Positions 21,856-32,134 of a stretch of DNA of 64,000 nt are shown here, in pieces. The notes under the pieces are model-generated. The model saw only the letters and a list, made by a program, of their open reading frames with translations. It was not told where the DNA came from and searched no databases. The first letter of the stretch is position 1; every line of letters begins with the position of its first letter. Both the position numbers and the translations under genes were made by a program. The DNA lies in NCBI GenBank assembly GCA_964645975.1, contig CAZYAF010000005.1, forward strand, positions 4,332 to 68,331. The letters are read 5' to 3'. The stretch comes from an uncultured Acidobacteriota bacterium (GTDB lineage Bacteria > Acidobacteriota > B3-B38 > Guanabaribacteriales > CAZYAF01).

Positions 21856-24800
21856 ATGTTAACAAAAAATTTTAGATCGTTAAGCTGCTTAGCAGTTGCA
21901 TTGTTAATCTTTTTTGTGTATGTAATTTCCGGATATGCCCAGGAGATCAATCCTGATTTGTACAAGCTGCTTAAGTATCGTTTTATCGGTCCTCAGGGTA
22001 ATCGTTTTATCGCAGTGGTTGGTGTTCCCGGTGATCCCAATATTTGCTATGCCGGAGCAGCATCAGGAGGAATATTCAAGAGCACTGACGGTGGTATTCA
22101 CTGGGAGCCAATTTTTGATGACCAACCGGCTGCTTCCATTGGCTCGCTGGCTATTGCTCCTTCGGATGCCAATATCATCTGGGCAGGAACGGGAGAAATA
22201 TCCATACGCAGCAACATCTCACAGGGAAACGGAATCTACAAATCCACTGATGCGGGAAAAACCTGGAAGCATATGGGTCTTACGAAAACTGGAAGGATTG
22301 GTAGGATAGTAATTCATCCTCATAATCCGGACATCGTCCTTGCTGCATCTATGGGTCACTGCTACGGGCCGCAACAGGAGCGAGGTGTGTTTCGAACCAC
22401 TGATGGAGGCAAAACCTGGGAAAGGGTACTTTTTGCGGACGAAGATACCGGCTGCTCAGATATCATCATGGACCCCAACAATCCTCGTATTCTATTTGCC
22501 GGCATGTGGCCCAAGAGGATATGGCCCTGGCTGGAGAGAAAGAGCGGCGGACCGGGTGGCGGTATCCACATGTCGAGAGACGGTGGCACAACCTGGAAGC
22601 ACCTCACAGGGGGCCTGCCGGAACCACCGATTGGTAAGATAGCCCTTGCCATGTCAAAAAGCAACTCCAACAGGGTCTACGCTTTGATTGAGCATAAAGA
22701 TGGAGTTCTGTGGAGATCGGATGATGGCGGCGAGAGCTGGAAATTGATCAACCGTCACCATGAGCTTACTCACAGACCATCGTATTACACCCGCTGTGCT
22801 GTGGTACCTGACGATTACAATGAGATATATTTTGTAGCCACAACCTTCAGTGTGTCCTATGACGGCGGCGAGACGTTTAAAATTGTACCTCGCAATCAGT
22901 CTCCGGGAGGTGACAACCATGATATGTGGATCGATCCCCTCCTGCCCGACCGAATGATGGTGGGCAACGATAATCCCTGTGTCAGCATATCTCTTAATGG
23001 TGGCAGAACATGGGATAGAGTCCGACTTCCAACTGCTCAGATGTATCATGTACATGTAGACAATAAAATCCCATATTTTGTCTATGGTAATCGTCAGGAC
23101 GGACCCTCCACCAGAGGACCCAGCAATAGCCTTACTGGAAGACATATTCCATCAGGATTGTGGCATTCAGTGGGCGGCTGCGAATGCGGCTTTGCTATAC
23201 CAGATCCGGTGGATAATAACATCGTCTGGTCAGGCTGCTACGAAGGGATACTTGATCGCTTTGATCTAATTACGGGGCATAGTAGATCAGTGAGCGTATG
23301 GCCTGATTCATGTATCGGCACCGAGGCAGCTCCATTGAAATATCGCTTTCAGTGGACTTTCCCCATTGTAATCTCACCCCATGATAATAATAAAGTATTT
23401 GTTGGCAGTCAATATGTCCATCAGACAACCGATGGCGGGCACAGCTGGAAAATTATCAGCCCCGATCTTTCTACCAACAACAAAAAATATCAACAGCCCT
23501 TTGGAGGTATCACTCGCGATGATGAAAGCACCTATTGCTGTTGTATTTTTGCTCTGGCTGAATCGCCCGTGGAAGAGGGACTAATCTGGGCAGGTACCAA
23601 TGACGGGCAGGTACAGGTGACAAGAGATGGAGGAGAACACTGGACCAATGTCACAAAAAATATACCTGATTTTCCGCCCATGGGCACGGTCAGCAACATA
23701 GAGCCATCTCGTTATAATGCTGGGACCTGTTATATCTCAGTGGACTTTCACAATGCCAACATTCGTGATCCCTACGCTTATAAAACGACCGACTATGGTA
23801 ATACATGGGAATTGATAACCAAAGATATTCCCAAAGGTGAATTAAGCTATGTTCACTGTATCAGGGAAGATGCGAAGAGGAAAGGACTCCTTTATCTGGG
23901 AACGGAAAATGCTGTCTATATCTCCTTTGATGACGGCGATCATTGGATGGCTTTACAAAATAACCTTCCCCATGCGCCGGTGCATTGGCTTGTTGTGCAG
24001 GAGCATTTCAATGATTTGGTAATTGGTACCTATGGCCGCGGTTTCTGGATCATGGACGATATTACTCCATTTCAGGGGCTCACATCAGCAGTACTCAAGT
24101 CAGACGTTCATCTCTTCAGTATTCGCCCTGCCTATCGTTTTCAAATGGTTTCAAACCCAATGGGCGAAGAAGATGACTTAAACCTTGGTGAGAACCCACC
24201 TTATGGAGCGTCAATCAATTACTATCTAAAGTCTGCTCCCCAGGGTGATGTCAAAATTTCTATTCTGAATGAGAACGGACAAAATATTAGGACACTTGAT
24301 GGAACAAAGAAAGCGGGCATCAACAGAGTATGGTGGGATTTACAATATGAAACCTTGGATGTGGCAAAGATAAGAACCAGCCCCATCGGAGAGCCGTGGG
24401 TAAAAGTAGGAGCAAAAGGATATCGAACCTTAGTTGGTGTTGGCGGTCCTCCCAGGGTTCTTGTTGCCCCCGGTGTCTATGCGGTAAAGCTTACAGTTAA
24501 TGGGAAAGAATTCACCCAGCAGCTCACCGTGGAAAAAGACCCAAATTCAGCTGGAAGTAAGGAAGATATTCAAAAACAAGTTAAAATGCTATTGGAAATC
24601 CGAGATGATTTTAATAAGCTGGTTAAGATGATTAATCAAGTGGAATGGGTCAGAAAACAGCTTTATGGTTTAATGGAGATTTTAAAAGATGATAAAAGAG
24701 GAGAAGAGATAATAAAAACGGGTAAAGAGCTGGATAAAAAATTTATAGACCTGGAGGAGAACTTTTTTCAGATGAGGCTCACTGATTCCGATAACGATAT

Positions 24801-25029
24801 CCTGCGCTGGCCCTGCAAACTGCATTACAAACTATCCTTTCTTGCTCAACGAGTGGCTCAAGCTGATTTTCCACCGACCACTCAGCAGATTGAAGTACAC
24901 AAAATGTTCAAAGAACAGTTAAGAAATCATCAAAGTCGTTTAAAAGAATTGATTGATAAAGACCTTGGTGCTTTTAACAATATGCTCAAAGAAAAAAATA
25001 TATCGAACATTATTATTCAAACACCTTGA
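21856..25029 (+). CDS. secreted BNR/Asp-box repeat beta-propeller protein (sortilin/Vps10-like), paralog 1
   Basis: 1057 aa; signal peptide; at least 10 Asp-box motifs (STDGGIHW, STDAGKTW, TTDGGKTW, SRDGGTTW, SDDGGESW, TTDGGHSW, TRDGGEHW and others). Confidence 0.7.
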   Translation: MLTKNFRSLSCLAVALLIFFVYVISGYAQEINPDLYKLLKYRFIGPQGNRFIAVVGVPGDPNICYAGAASGGIFKSTDGGIHWEPIFDDQPAASIGSLAIAPSDANIIWAGTGEISIRSNISQGNGIYKSTDAGKTWKHMGLTKTGRIGRIVIHPHNPDIVLAASMGHCYGPQQERGVFRTTDGGKTWERVLFADEDTGCSDIIMDPNNPRILFAGMWPKRIWPWLERKSGGPGGGIHMSRDGGTTWKHLTGGLPEPPIGKIALAMSKSNSNRVYALIEHKDGVLWRSDDGGESWKLINRHHELTHRPSYYTRCAVVPDDYNEIYFVATTFSVSYDGGETFKIVPRNQSPGGDNHDMWIDPLLPDRMMVGNDNPCVSISLNGGRTWDRVRLPTAQMYHVHVDNKIPYFVYGNRQDGPSTRGPSNSLTGRHIPSGLWHSVGGCECGFAIPDPVDNNIVWSGCYEGILDRFDLITGHSRSVSVWPDSCIGTEAAPLKYRFQWTFPIVISPHDNNKVFVGSQYVHQTTDGGHSWKIISPDLSTNNKKYQQPFGGITRDDESTYCCCIFALAESPVEEGLIWAGTNDGQVQVTRDGGEHWTNVTKNIPDFPPMGTVSNIEPSRYNAGTCYISVDFHNANIRDPYAYKTTDYGNTWELITKDIPKGELSYVHCIREDAKRKGLLYLGTENAVYISFDDGDHWMALQNNLPHAPVHWLVVQEHFNDLVIGTYGRGFWIMDDITPFQGLTSAVLKSDVHLFSIRPAYRFQMVSNPMGEEDDLNLGENPPYGASINYYLKSAPQGDVKISILNENGQNIRTLDGTKKAGINRVWWDLQYETLDVAKIRTSPIGEPWVKVGAKGYRTLVGVGGPPRVLVAPGVYAVKLTVNGKEFTQQLTVEKDPNSAGSKEDIQKQVKMLLEIRDDFNKLVKMINQVEWVRKQLYGLMEILKDDKRGEEIIKTGKELDKKFIDLEENFFQMRLTDSDNDILRWPCKLHYKLSFLAQRVAQADFPPTTQQIEVHKMFKEQLRNHQSRLKELIDKDLGAFNNMLKEKNISNIIIQTP

Positions 25030-25048
25030 AGAGTTTTGCATATTTTTT

Positions 25049-25084
25049 TACCGCTTCCAACAGCAATAGCATGAGGAGGCGGTA
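25049..25084 (+). terminator. possible intrinsic terminator after BNR-propeller paralog 1
   Basis: stem TACCGCTTCC / GGAGGCGGTA with 16-nt loop; only a weak T-run follows. Confidence 0.3.
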
Positions 25085-25309
25085 TGTTTAAATGGAAACG
25101 GGAGCATAGTATTAAATTATTATCTTGATGAAAATTTTCGTCTACCTCATGCTCATAATATGCTATAGTAAAATATAAACAGCAGCACTTTGATTAATAA
25201 AGCACTGAAAAGTCTATATCTATAATTCTAATTATATACCTTCAATGAGAATCAATTATCTTATTAAAATTAATAAAGTATCATATATCAAAAATCCGAG
25301 GAGGAAAAT

Positions 25310-28300
25310 ATGTATTCAAATAACAAATCGTTAACTCCCATCATATTGATTACTGCAATGACCTTCTTTATTGTTTTCGTAATCCCTTTTCACTGCAATG
25401 CCCAGGAGATTAATCCTGAATGGTTTAATCAGCTCAAATATCGTTTCATTGGCCCTCAGGGAAATCGTGTTATTGCGGTGGTTGGTGTTCCTGGAGACCC
25501 AGATGTTTATTACATTGGAGCAGCTTCGGGCGGTATATTTAAAAGCACTGATGGCGGAACTCATTGGAAATCCATTTTTGATGAGCAGCCTGTTTCTTCT
25601 GTTGGTTCTCTGGCAATTGCTCCCTCCGATCCCAATATCATCTGGGCAGGTACTGGTGAGACATTTATTCGCAGCAATATTTCTATCGGAAATGGCATAT
25701 ACAAATCCACTGATAGCGGAAAAACCTGGAAACTTATGGGCTTGGAAAAAACAGGGAGAATAGGCAGGATTATTATAGATCCCCATGACCCAAATATCGT
25801 ATTTGCTGCGGCGATGGGTCATTGCTACGGACCGCAAAAAGAGAGGGGAGTGTACCGCACTATTGATGGTGGCAAGACCTGGGAAAACGTCCTCTTTGTG
25901 GACGAAAACACTGGTTGTTCGGATATAGTTATGGATCCCAATAATCGACGGATTCTTTTTGCTGGCATGTGGCAATTGCAAATAAAGACCTGGGGAAGAG
26001 TGAGTGGCGGACCGGGCAGTGGACTTTATATGTCACGAGATGGTGGTGCTACCTGGAAAAAGCTCAACGATAACGGATTGCCGAAATCACCGATAGGAAA
26101 AATTGCATTGGCCATGTCGCCTGATAATTCCGAACGAATCTATGCTTTAATCGAAAGCGATGAGGGAGTACTCTGGAGGTCAGATGACGGAGGTGACAAC
26201 TGGAAAATGATCAACCATGATCATATGTTGACCCAGCGCCCTCATTATTATTCACGCTGTGCAGTGGCTCCGGATGACTACAATGAAATCTATTTTTGTG
26301 CTGTTCAACTCAGCATCTCTCTCGATGGCGGATTAACATTTAAAGGAGTACGATTGGTGGGTGGTGATAATCATGATATGTGGATCGATCCCCTTAATCC
26401 AGCCCGAATGGTTGTGGGCAACGATCAGGTTGTTGCCATCTCCGTTAATCGTGGTAAGTCATGGTTAGGAGTACCTCTTCCCATTTCTCAAATGTATCAT
26501 GTGGCCGTTGATAATCAAATACCTTATTATGTGTATGGAAACAGACAGGATGGCCCTTCTACCAGGGGGCCAAGCAACAGCTTAACCTATGGAGGGATTG
26601 CTTCTGGAATGTGGCATTCGGTGGGTGGCTGCGAGTGCGGATTTGCAATTCCTGACCCAGTGGATAATAATATCGTCTGGTCTGGTTGTTATGGAGGGTC
26701 GCTGGACCGTTTTGACCTACGAACAGGACATAGTCATAGAGTAAGTGCCTGGCCTGATAATCCTATGGGATGGCCGGCTGCTGATTTAAAATATCGCTTT
26801 CAGTGGACCTTCCCCATAGCAATATCACCCCATGATCATGACAAGGTATATATAGGCAGCCAATATGTACACCAGACAACCGATGGTGGCCATAGCTGGA
26901 AAATTATAAGCCCGGACCTTTCCACAAATGATAAAAGCAAACAACAAAGCTCAGGAGATATTACGCCAGATAACGCCAGCGTTGAATACTGCTGTCTAAT
27001 ATTTGCCCTGGTAGAATCTCCTGTCGAAGAAGGAGTTATATGGGCTGGTACCAATGATGGACTTGTTTGGGTTACTCGCAATGGCGGAGAAAATTGGACA
27101 AATGTCACTAAAAACATACCAAAACTTCCGCCCTGGGGGACAGTGAGCAATATAGAGCCATCGAGATATAATGCCGGTACCTGCTATATTACCATTGATT
27201 TTCATCAGGTTAACAATAGAGAGCCATATATTTATAAGACAGCTAATTACGGAAAGAGCTGGAAATTCATAAGTTCGGATATACCGAAGAGTGTATTAAG
27301 CTATGCTCACTGTATCCGCGAAGACCCGGTAAAAGAGGGATTGCTTTATCTGGGGACGGAAAATGCTCTGTATGTATCCTTTAATGATGGAGAAAATTGG
27401 CTGCCTTTACAGAGTAATTTACCGCATGCTCCCGTGCATTGGCTTGTTGTTCAGGAGCACTTCAATGATCTCGTGGTGGCCACCTACGGACGCGGTTTTT
27501 ATATACTTGATGACATAGCACCGCTTCAACAATTAAATAAAGATATTATTAATTCGGATGTTCATCTTTTTGCTCCACGGTCAGCATATCGTTTTCGATT
27601 TAAAGCAACTCCCATGAGCCAGCCAGGTGATCCATGTGCCGGAAAGAATCCTCCCTATGGTGCTTCTATGAACTACTATGTAAAATCAGAGCCGGAAGAA
27701 AAGGTAAAAATTACCATTCTAAATGAAAAAGGCGAAAAAATAAGAACTCTTGAAGGTACTAAAGAAGTGGGTATAAATCGTGTCTGGTGGGATTTACAAT
27801 ACGAGCCGATTAAAGAAGTTAAATTGAGAACAAGCCCGATTGGCTCACCTCATGTGAAAGTAGGAGAAAAAGGATGGAGACCTTTAGCCACATGGGGCGG
27901 AAAAATTAGCATTTTAGCTGCTCCTGGAACATATACAGTAAAGCTTGCCATAGGTGAAAAGGAATACAGCCAAAAGCTTACAGTTAAAAGGGATCCTAAT
28001 TCAACGGGAACCGAGGAAGACATTGAAGCTCAGACTGAGCTGTTGTTAGAAATTCGCAAGCATATTAACAATGTGGTAGAAATGATTAACCAAATTGAAT
28101 TAATCAGAAAACAGATTTATGATCTAAACGAACTACTGAAAGGGGAAGAAAATTCGGAAACACTCATTAAAGCGGGTAAAGCACTGGATAAGAAGTTTAT
28201 AGCTATAGAGGAAAATCTCATTCAAATGAAACTTACAGGAGCATGGCAGGATGCCTTGAGATGGCCCATTAAGCTCTATGCTAAGTTGAATAGTCTTGCT

Positions 28301-28486
28301 GGTGGTATAAGTAGTTCTGACTTTCCTCCAACTACACAGCAGATTGAAGTATATGAAGTGTTCAAAAGGAAGTTAGCAGAATATAAAAACAGCTACAAAG
28401 AATTACTTGATAAAGATTTTTCTAATTTTAATAATCTTCTAAGAGAAAAAAAATTACCGAATATTATTGCTGTTAAAAACCCTTAA
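25310..28486 (+). CDS. secreted BNR/Asp-box repeat beta-propeller protein (sortilin/Vps10-like), paralog 2
   Basis: 1058 aa; GAGGAGG RBS; roughly 75-80% identical to paralog 1 over the N-terminal region; same Asp-box series. Confidence 0.7.
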   Translation: MYSNNKSLTPIILITAMTFFIVFVIPFHCNAQEINPEWFNQLKYRFIGPQGNRVIAVVGVPGDPDVYYIGAASGGIFKSTDGGTHWKSIFDEQPVSSVGSLAIAPSDPNIIWAGTGETFIRSNISIGNGIYKSTDSGKTWKLMGLEKTGRIGRIIIDPHDPNIVFAAAMGHCYGPQKERGVYRTIDGGKTWENVLFVDENTGCSDIVMDPNNRRILFAGMWQLQIKTWGRVSGGPGSGLYMSRDGGATWKKLNDNGLPKSPIGKIALAMSPDNSERIYALIESDEGVLWRSDDGGDNWKMINHDHMLTQRPHYYSRCAVAPDDYNEIYFCAVQLSISLDGGLTFKGVRLVGGDNHDMWIDPLNPARMVVGNDQVVAISVNRGKSWLGVPLPISQMYHVAVDNQIPYYVYGNRQDGPSTRGPSNSLTYGGIASGMWHSVGGCECGFAIPDPVDNNIVWSGCYGGSLDRFDLRTGHSHRVSAWPDNPMGWPAADLKYRFQWTFPIAISPHDHDKVYIGSQYVHQTTDGGHSWKIISPDLSTNDKSKQQSSGDITPDNASVEYCCLIFALVESPVEEGVIWAGTNDGLVWVTRNGGENWTNVTKNIPKLPPWGTVSNIEPSRYNAGTCYITIDFHQVNNREPYIYKTANYGKSWKFISSDIPKSVLSYAHCIREDPVKEGLLYLGTENALYVSFNDGENWLPLQSNLPHAPVHWLVVQEHFNDLVVATYGRGFYILDDIAPLQQLNKDIINSDVHLFAPRSAYRFRFKATPMSQPGDPCAGKNPPYGASMNYYVKSEPEEKVKITILNEKGEKIRTLEGTKEVGINRVWWDLQYEPIKEVKLRTSPIGSPHVKVGEKGWRPLATWGGKISILAAPGTYTVKLAIGEKEYSQKLTVKRDPNSTGTEEDIEAQTELLLEIRKHINNVVEMINQIELIRKQIYDLNELLKGEENSETLIKAGKALDKKFIAIEENLIQMKLTGAWQDALRWPIKLYAKLNSLAGGISSSDFPPTTQQIEVYEVFKRKLAEYKNSYKELLDKDFSNFNNLLREKKLPNIIAVKNP

Positions 28487-28694
28487 TTAAGGTTATTCAG
28501 TATTTTAAGGTTTCGCTCCTTTGCTCTAAGTGCCGCAGGTGGGTAATGATTTAGATGGAATAAATATAAAAATTTTTTAAAATTTATTTTGACTTCTTAT
28601 AATTTTAATGATACTATTTTTCCAAGTGATAATTCCACAATAAAATATGATGATCGTGACGAGCAAAATGTAAACAAATAAAAGGAGGGAGTAA

Positions 28695-28901
28695 ATGAAA
28701 AAATTAAATACTCTCGATTGGATTGCTTTAATCCTGGTAATCATCGGTGGCTTAAATTGGGGATTAGTAGGTATATTCAATTTTGACCTGGTTGCAGCTA
28801 TTTTTGGAGCTATTTCCATTATCGCGCGCATTGTCTATATTCTTGTTGCCTTATCAGCTCTATATCTATTAATCATCATAGGTAAGCTGGGTAAGAAATA
28901 A
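28695..28901 (+). CDS. DUF378-family small membrane protein
   Basis: 68 aa; AAAGGAGGGAG RBS; GGLNWGLVGIFNFDLV motif typical of DUF378. Confidence 0.6.
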   Translation: MKKLNTLDWIALILVIIGGLNWGLVGIFNFDLVAAIFGAISIIARIVYILVALSALYLLIIIGKLGKK

Positions 28902-28910
28902 TATTTTAGT

Positions 28911-28938
28911 GGTGCGGGGAAATTTATTTTCCCGCACC
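28911..28938 (+). terminator. probable intrinsic terminator downstream of DUF378 gene
   Basis: stem GGTGCGGGGAAA / TTTTCCCGCACC with TTTA loop (one G-U pair) followed by A/T-rich run. Confidence 0.45.
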
Positions 28939-29168
28939 AAATTTTACATTGCAAGCATCATAAAGCATTTCAAGGCGATATAATTTAATTTTCATAATCT
29001 AATAAGTACAAATAACTGAATATTGTTTTTTATACTCATATCATAATAATCTTTTTAATTCTTATATGCATCACTTCTCTTCATTCCTAAAACTTTAAAT
29101 ATACAAAATCATCTTTATTACGAATCATTATAATTTGCAATTATAGAATAATTGAAAGGTTTTAACAA

Positions 29169-29918
29169 ATGAAAAAAATACTTTACAAAATAATTCTTGC
29201 AGGTATCTTGTTCCTTTTGTTACCACTATCGAATGTTTATGCACAGTGGTTTATCGACTTCGAAACAGGTATAGCCTTTGGTAGCTATAATGATGTGCAG
29301 GTCCCAAAAGAAACGGGAACAAGGTTTTCCCTGACAGATGATTTTCAATTAGACAAATCAGATTTTTTTAGGGTACGATTAGGCTATAAGCACAATGATA
29401 AACACAATTTCTATCTATTTGTAGCACCTTTTAGCCTCGAGGCTTCAGGTGTTGTTGATAAGACAATTTACTTTAATGAGGAAGATTTTCCTGTTAATAC
29501 TCCTTTAAATGCCAAATACACTTTTAATTCCTATCGACTTACTTACAGGTACGATTTTCTGAGGTCAGACAAGTGGAGAATTGGCATAGGATTTACGGCA
29601 AAAATAAGGGATGCTGCTATCAAGTTGGAAGGTGGCTCAAAATCAACTGTTAAAACAAACGTTGGTTTTGTCCCGCTCTTAAATTTTTGGATAGAAAGAA
29701 AATTTAGTGATAAGGCCAGTTTTTTATTTGAAGGGGACGCTCTGGCTGCACCTCAAGGAAGAGCTGAGGATATCTTATTAGCGATTGTATACAAATTGAA
29801 TGATAACTTTGCTATTAAAGGAGGATATAGAATACTTGAAGGTGGTGCGAATGTCGAAGAAGTCTATAACTTTGCTCTTATTAATTACATAGTTTTGGGA
29901 TCAATAATCACATTCTAA
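29169..29918 (+). CDS. putative outer-membrane beta-barrel protein
   Basis: 249 aa; signal peptide ending VYA; alternating hydrophobic pattern and C-terminal aromatic residue (..IITF). Confidence 0.4.
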   Translation: MKKILYKIILAGILFLLLPLSNVYAQWFIDFETGIAFGSYNDVQVPKETGTRFSLTDDFQLDKSDFFRVRLGYKHNDKHNFYLFVAPFSLEASGVVDKTIYFNEEDFPVNTPLNAKYTFNSYRLTYRYDFLRSDKWRIGIGFTAKIRDAAIKLEGGSKSTVKTNVGFVPLLNFWIERKFSDKASFLFEGDALAAPQGRAEDILLAIVYKLNDNFAIKGGYRILEGGANVEEVYNFALINYIVLGSIITF

Positions 29919-29932
29919 TATGTAAAGAAACC

Positions 29933-31300
29933 TTGATTCAAGAAGAACGAATTAAAATACTCAATAAAAATCCCATAAGAAATAATAAATTTGTAGTTTA
30001 TTGGATGCAGGCTTCACAGAGAGCTGAATATAACCATGCCCTGGAATATGCTATTGCGCAGGCAAATAATTTAAATAAACCACTTATTGTTTTTTTTGGA
30101 TTAACAGATGATTATCCAGAAGCAAACGAAAGGCACTATGCTTTTATGCTGCAAGGTCTCCATGAAGTAGATAAGGTTTTGAGAAACCGTGGAATTAAAA
30201 TGGTCGTTATTCATCAATCACCAGAGTTAGCAATTGTTGAATTGTCAAAGGTAGCTTCATTGATCGTTGTTGATAGAGGTTATTCCAAAATTCAGCAGAA
30301 ATGGCGGAGGATTGCTGCAGAAAAAGTCAACTGTCCTTTGGCACAAATAGAAAGCGATGTAATTGTTCCTGTAGAGCAAGCCTCCTGGAAGGAGGAATAC
30401 TCAGCAGCTACTTTAAGGCCAAAGATAAAAAAGAAGATCAACCATTACCTACTCCCATTAGACCAGAATATTCCAAAAAAGGATGCTTTACATATAGTAT
30501 CCGATTCTATAGTAATTGATAATATAGATCATGTATTGGCAGATTTAAAAATTGACCACAGTGTGAAGAGGGTACAAAACTTTATTGGTGGAACATCGCA
30601 AGCAAAAAAATTACTGCAGGATTTTATTGATAAGAAATTAGCTCATTATTCCAGTGCGAGAAATGATCCTACTGCAGATGGTAGCTCTCACATGAGCCCT
30701 TATCTTCATTTTGGTCAAATATCACCTCTCTATATAGCTCTGAAAATATTGGAAAAAAAAAGCCTAGGAAGTGATACTTATCTTGAAGAGCTTGTTGTTA
30801 GAAGAGAACTTAGCATGAATTTTGTCTTTTACAATCCGTATTATAATCAATTTGGTAGTCTGCCAGAATGGTGCAAAAAAACACTCAAAAAACATGAAAA
30901 AGACCAGAGGGAATTTAGTTATAGCCAGGAGGAATTAGAGAAAGCGCGAACTCACGATCCCTATTGGAATGCTGCTCAAAAAGAGATGGTCTCATCAGGC
31001 AAGATGCAAGGATATATGCGTATGTATTGGGGAAAGAAAATCATTGAGTGGACAAAAAAACCAGAAGATGCCTTCAGGAGAGCACTTTATCTCAATAATA
31101 AATATGAGCTGGATGGTAGAGATCCCAATGGGTTTGCGGGTGTTGCCTGGTGTTTTGGTAAACACGACAGGGCATGGCCAGAACGACCTATTTTCGGCAA
31201 AGTGAGATATATGAATGCCAATGGGCTGCGAAGGAAATTTGATATGGATACTTATGTGGAAAAAATAGAGGCCATCCCATATAAAAATAGCAATATCTAA
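29933..31300 (+). CDS. phr: class II CPD photolyase (deoxyribodipyrimidine photo-lyase)
   Basis: 455 aa; N-terminal VVYWMQASQRAEYNHAL and C-terminal GKVRYMNANGLRRKFDMDTY match class II photolyase signatures; start is TTG in track, exact start uncertain. Confidence 0.7.
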   Translation: MIQEERIKILNKNPIRNNKFVVYWMQASQRAEYNHALEYAIAQANNLNKPLIVFFGLTDDYPEANERHYAFMLQGLHEVDKVLRNRGIKMVVIHQSPELAIVELSKVASLIVVDRGYSKIQQKWRRIAAEKVNCPLAQIESDVIVPVEQASWKEEYSAATLRPKIKKKINHYLLPLDQNIPKKDALHIVSDSIVIDNIDHVLADLKIDHSVKRVQNFIGGTSQAKKLLQDFIDKKLAHYSSARNDPTADGSSHMSPYLHFGQISPLYIALKILEKKSLGSDTYLEELVVRRELSMNFVFYNPYYNQFGSLPEWCKKTLKKHEKDQREFSYSQEELEKARTHDPYWNAAQKEMVSSGKMQGYMRMYWGKKIIEWTKKPEDAFRRALYLNNKYELDGRDPNGFAGVAWCFGKHDRAWPERPIFGKVRYMNANGLRRKFDMDTYVEKIEAIPYKNSNI

Positions 31301-31447
31301 GCATTTTCATCTTCAATTATTATCTTCTCCAATCTGAATAACAAGAAAAGTACTTACATATGGTTGATAACTTATTAGCTGCATACTATAATTCTTAATG
31401 AGGTATGCATGCTGATATGATGATGTAATATTCTGGAGCTTAATAAT

Positions 31448-32134
31448 ATGCAGAAATTAACTAAATTTAGAAAATTTTTAAAGATTTTGCTCATTATTTT
31501 AGCTGTCTATTATGGTCTGATTTTTTTTACTCCCATTTCCAGATGGCTGGCAGACCAGCTGATAGTTCCTTCAGCAATAAGTGAAGCAGATGTGATACTT
31601 GTGCTCAGCGGGGGTACGATAAAGCAACAGTATTTAACTCACCAAACACTTAGTCGATTGGTTCACGGAATTACTATCTGGAGACAAGCTAAAGCTCCCT
31701 GTTTACTCCTCAGCGGCGGCACATCTGCACATGGCGGAATTCCAGAGGCTTATCTTATGGCAGATATGGCTCGGAATTTAGGCATCAAATCAGATAAGAT
31801 TTATCTGGAGGATCAATCTATTAATACCAGGGAAAACATATCTTATTCAGCAAAGCTTATGGAAAAGCAAGGATGGGAAAAAGCTCTCCTGGTAACCTCA
31901 GCTCTGCACATGAAAAGAGCTCTCAAGCTCGCTGAGGAAAATGGATTGAAATGCATTCCTGCTGCTGCTCCTTATAGTGAAAGATATTTAAGCCGATACC
32001 AGTTATATCTTTTGGTAAAACATGAATATTCTGCTATATTAGCACAAAGCATTTTGCGAGGGAAAAACTATGAAAAGCTTAGCCGTTTTTATCGATGGGT
32101 GGTAAAAATAAAAGGTAAGATTTTCAATTATTAA
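31448..32134 (+). CDS. DUF218 (YdcF/SanA/ElyC-like) domain protein
   Basis: 228 aa; N-terminal TM helix; ADVILVLSGG ... LLLSGG pattern of DUF218. Confidence 0.6.
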   Translation: MQKLTKFRKFLKILLIILAVYYGLIFFTPISRWLADQLIVPSAISEADVILVLSGGTIKQQYLTHQTLSRLVHGITIWRQAKAPCLLLSGGTSAHGGIPEAYLMADMARNLGIKSDKIYLEDQSINTRENISYSAKLMEKQGWEKALLVTSALHMKRALKLAEENGLKCIPAAAPYSERYLSRYQLYLLVKHEYSAILAQSILRGKNYEKLSRFYRWVVKIKGKIFNY

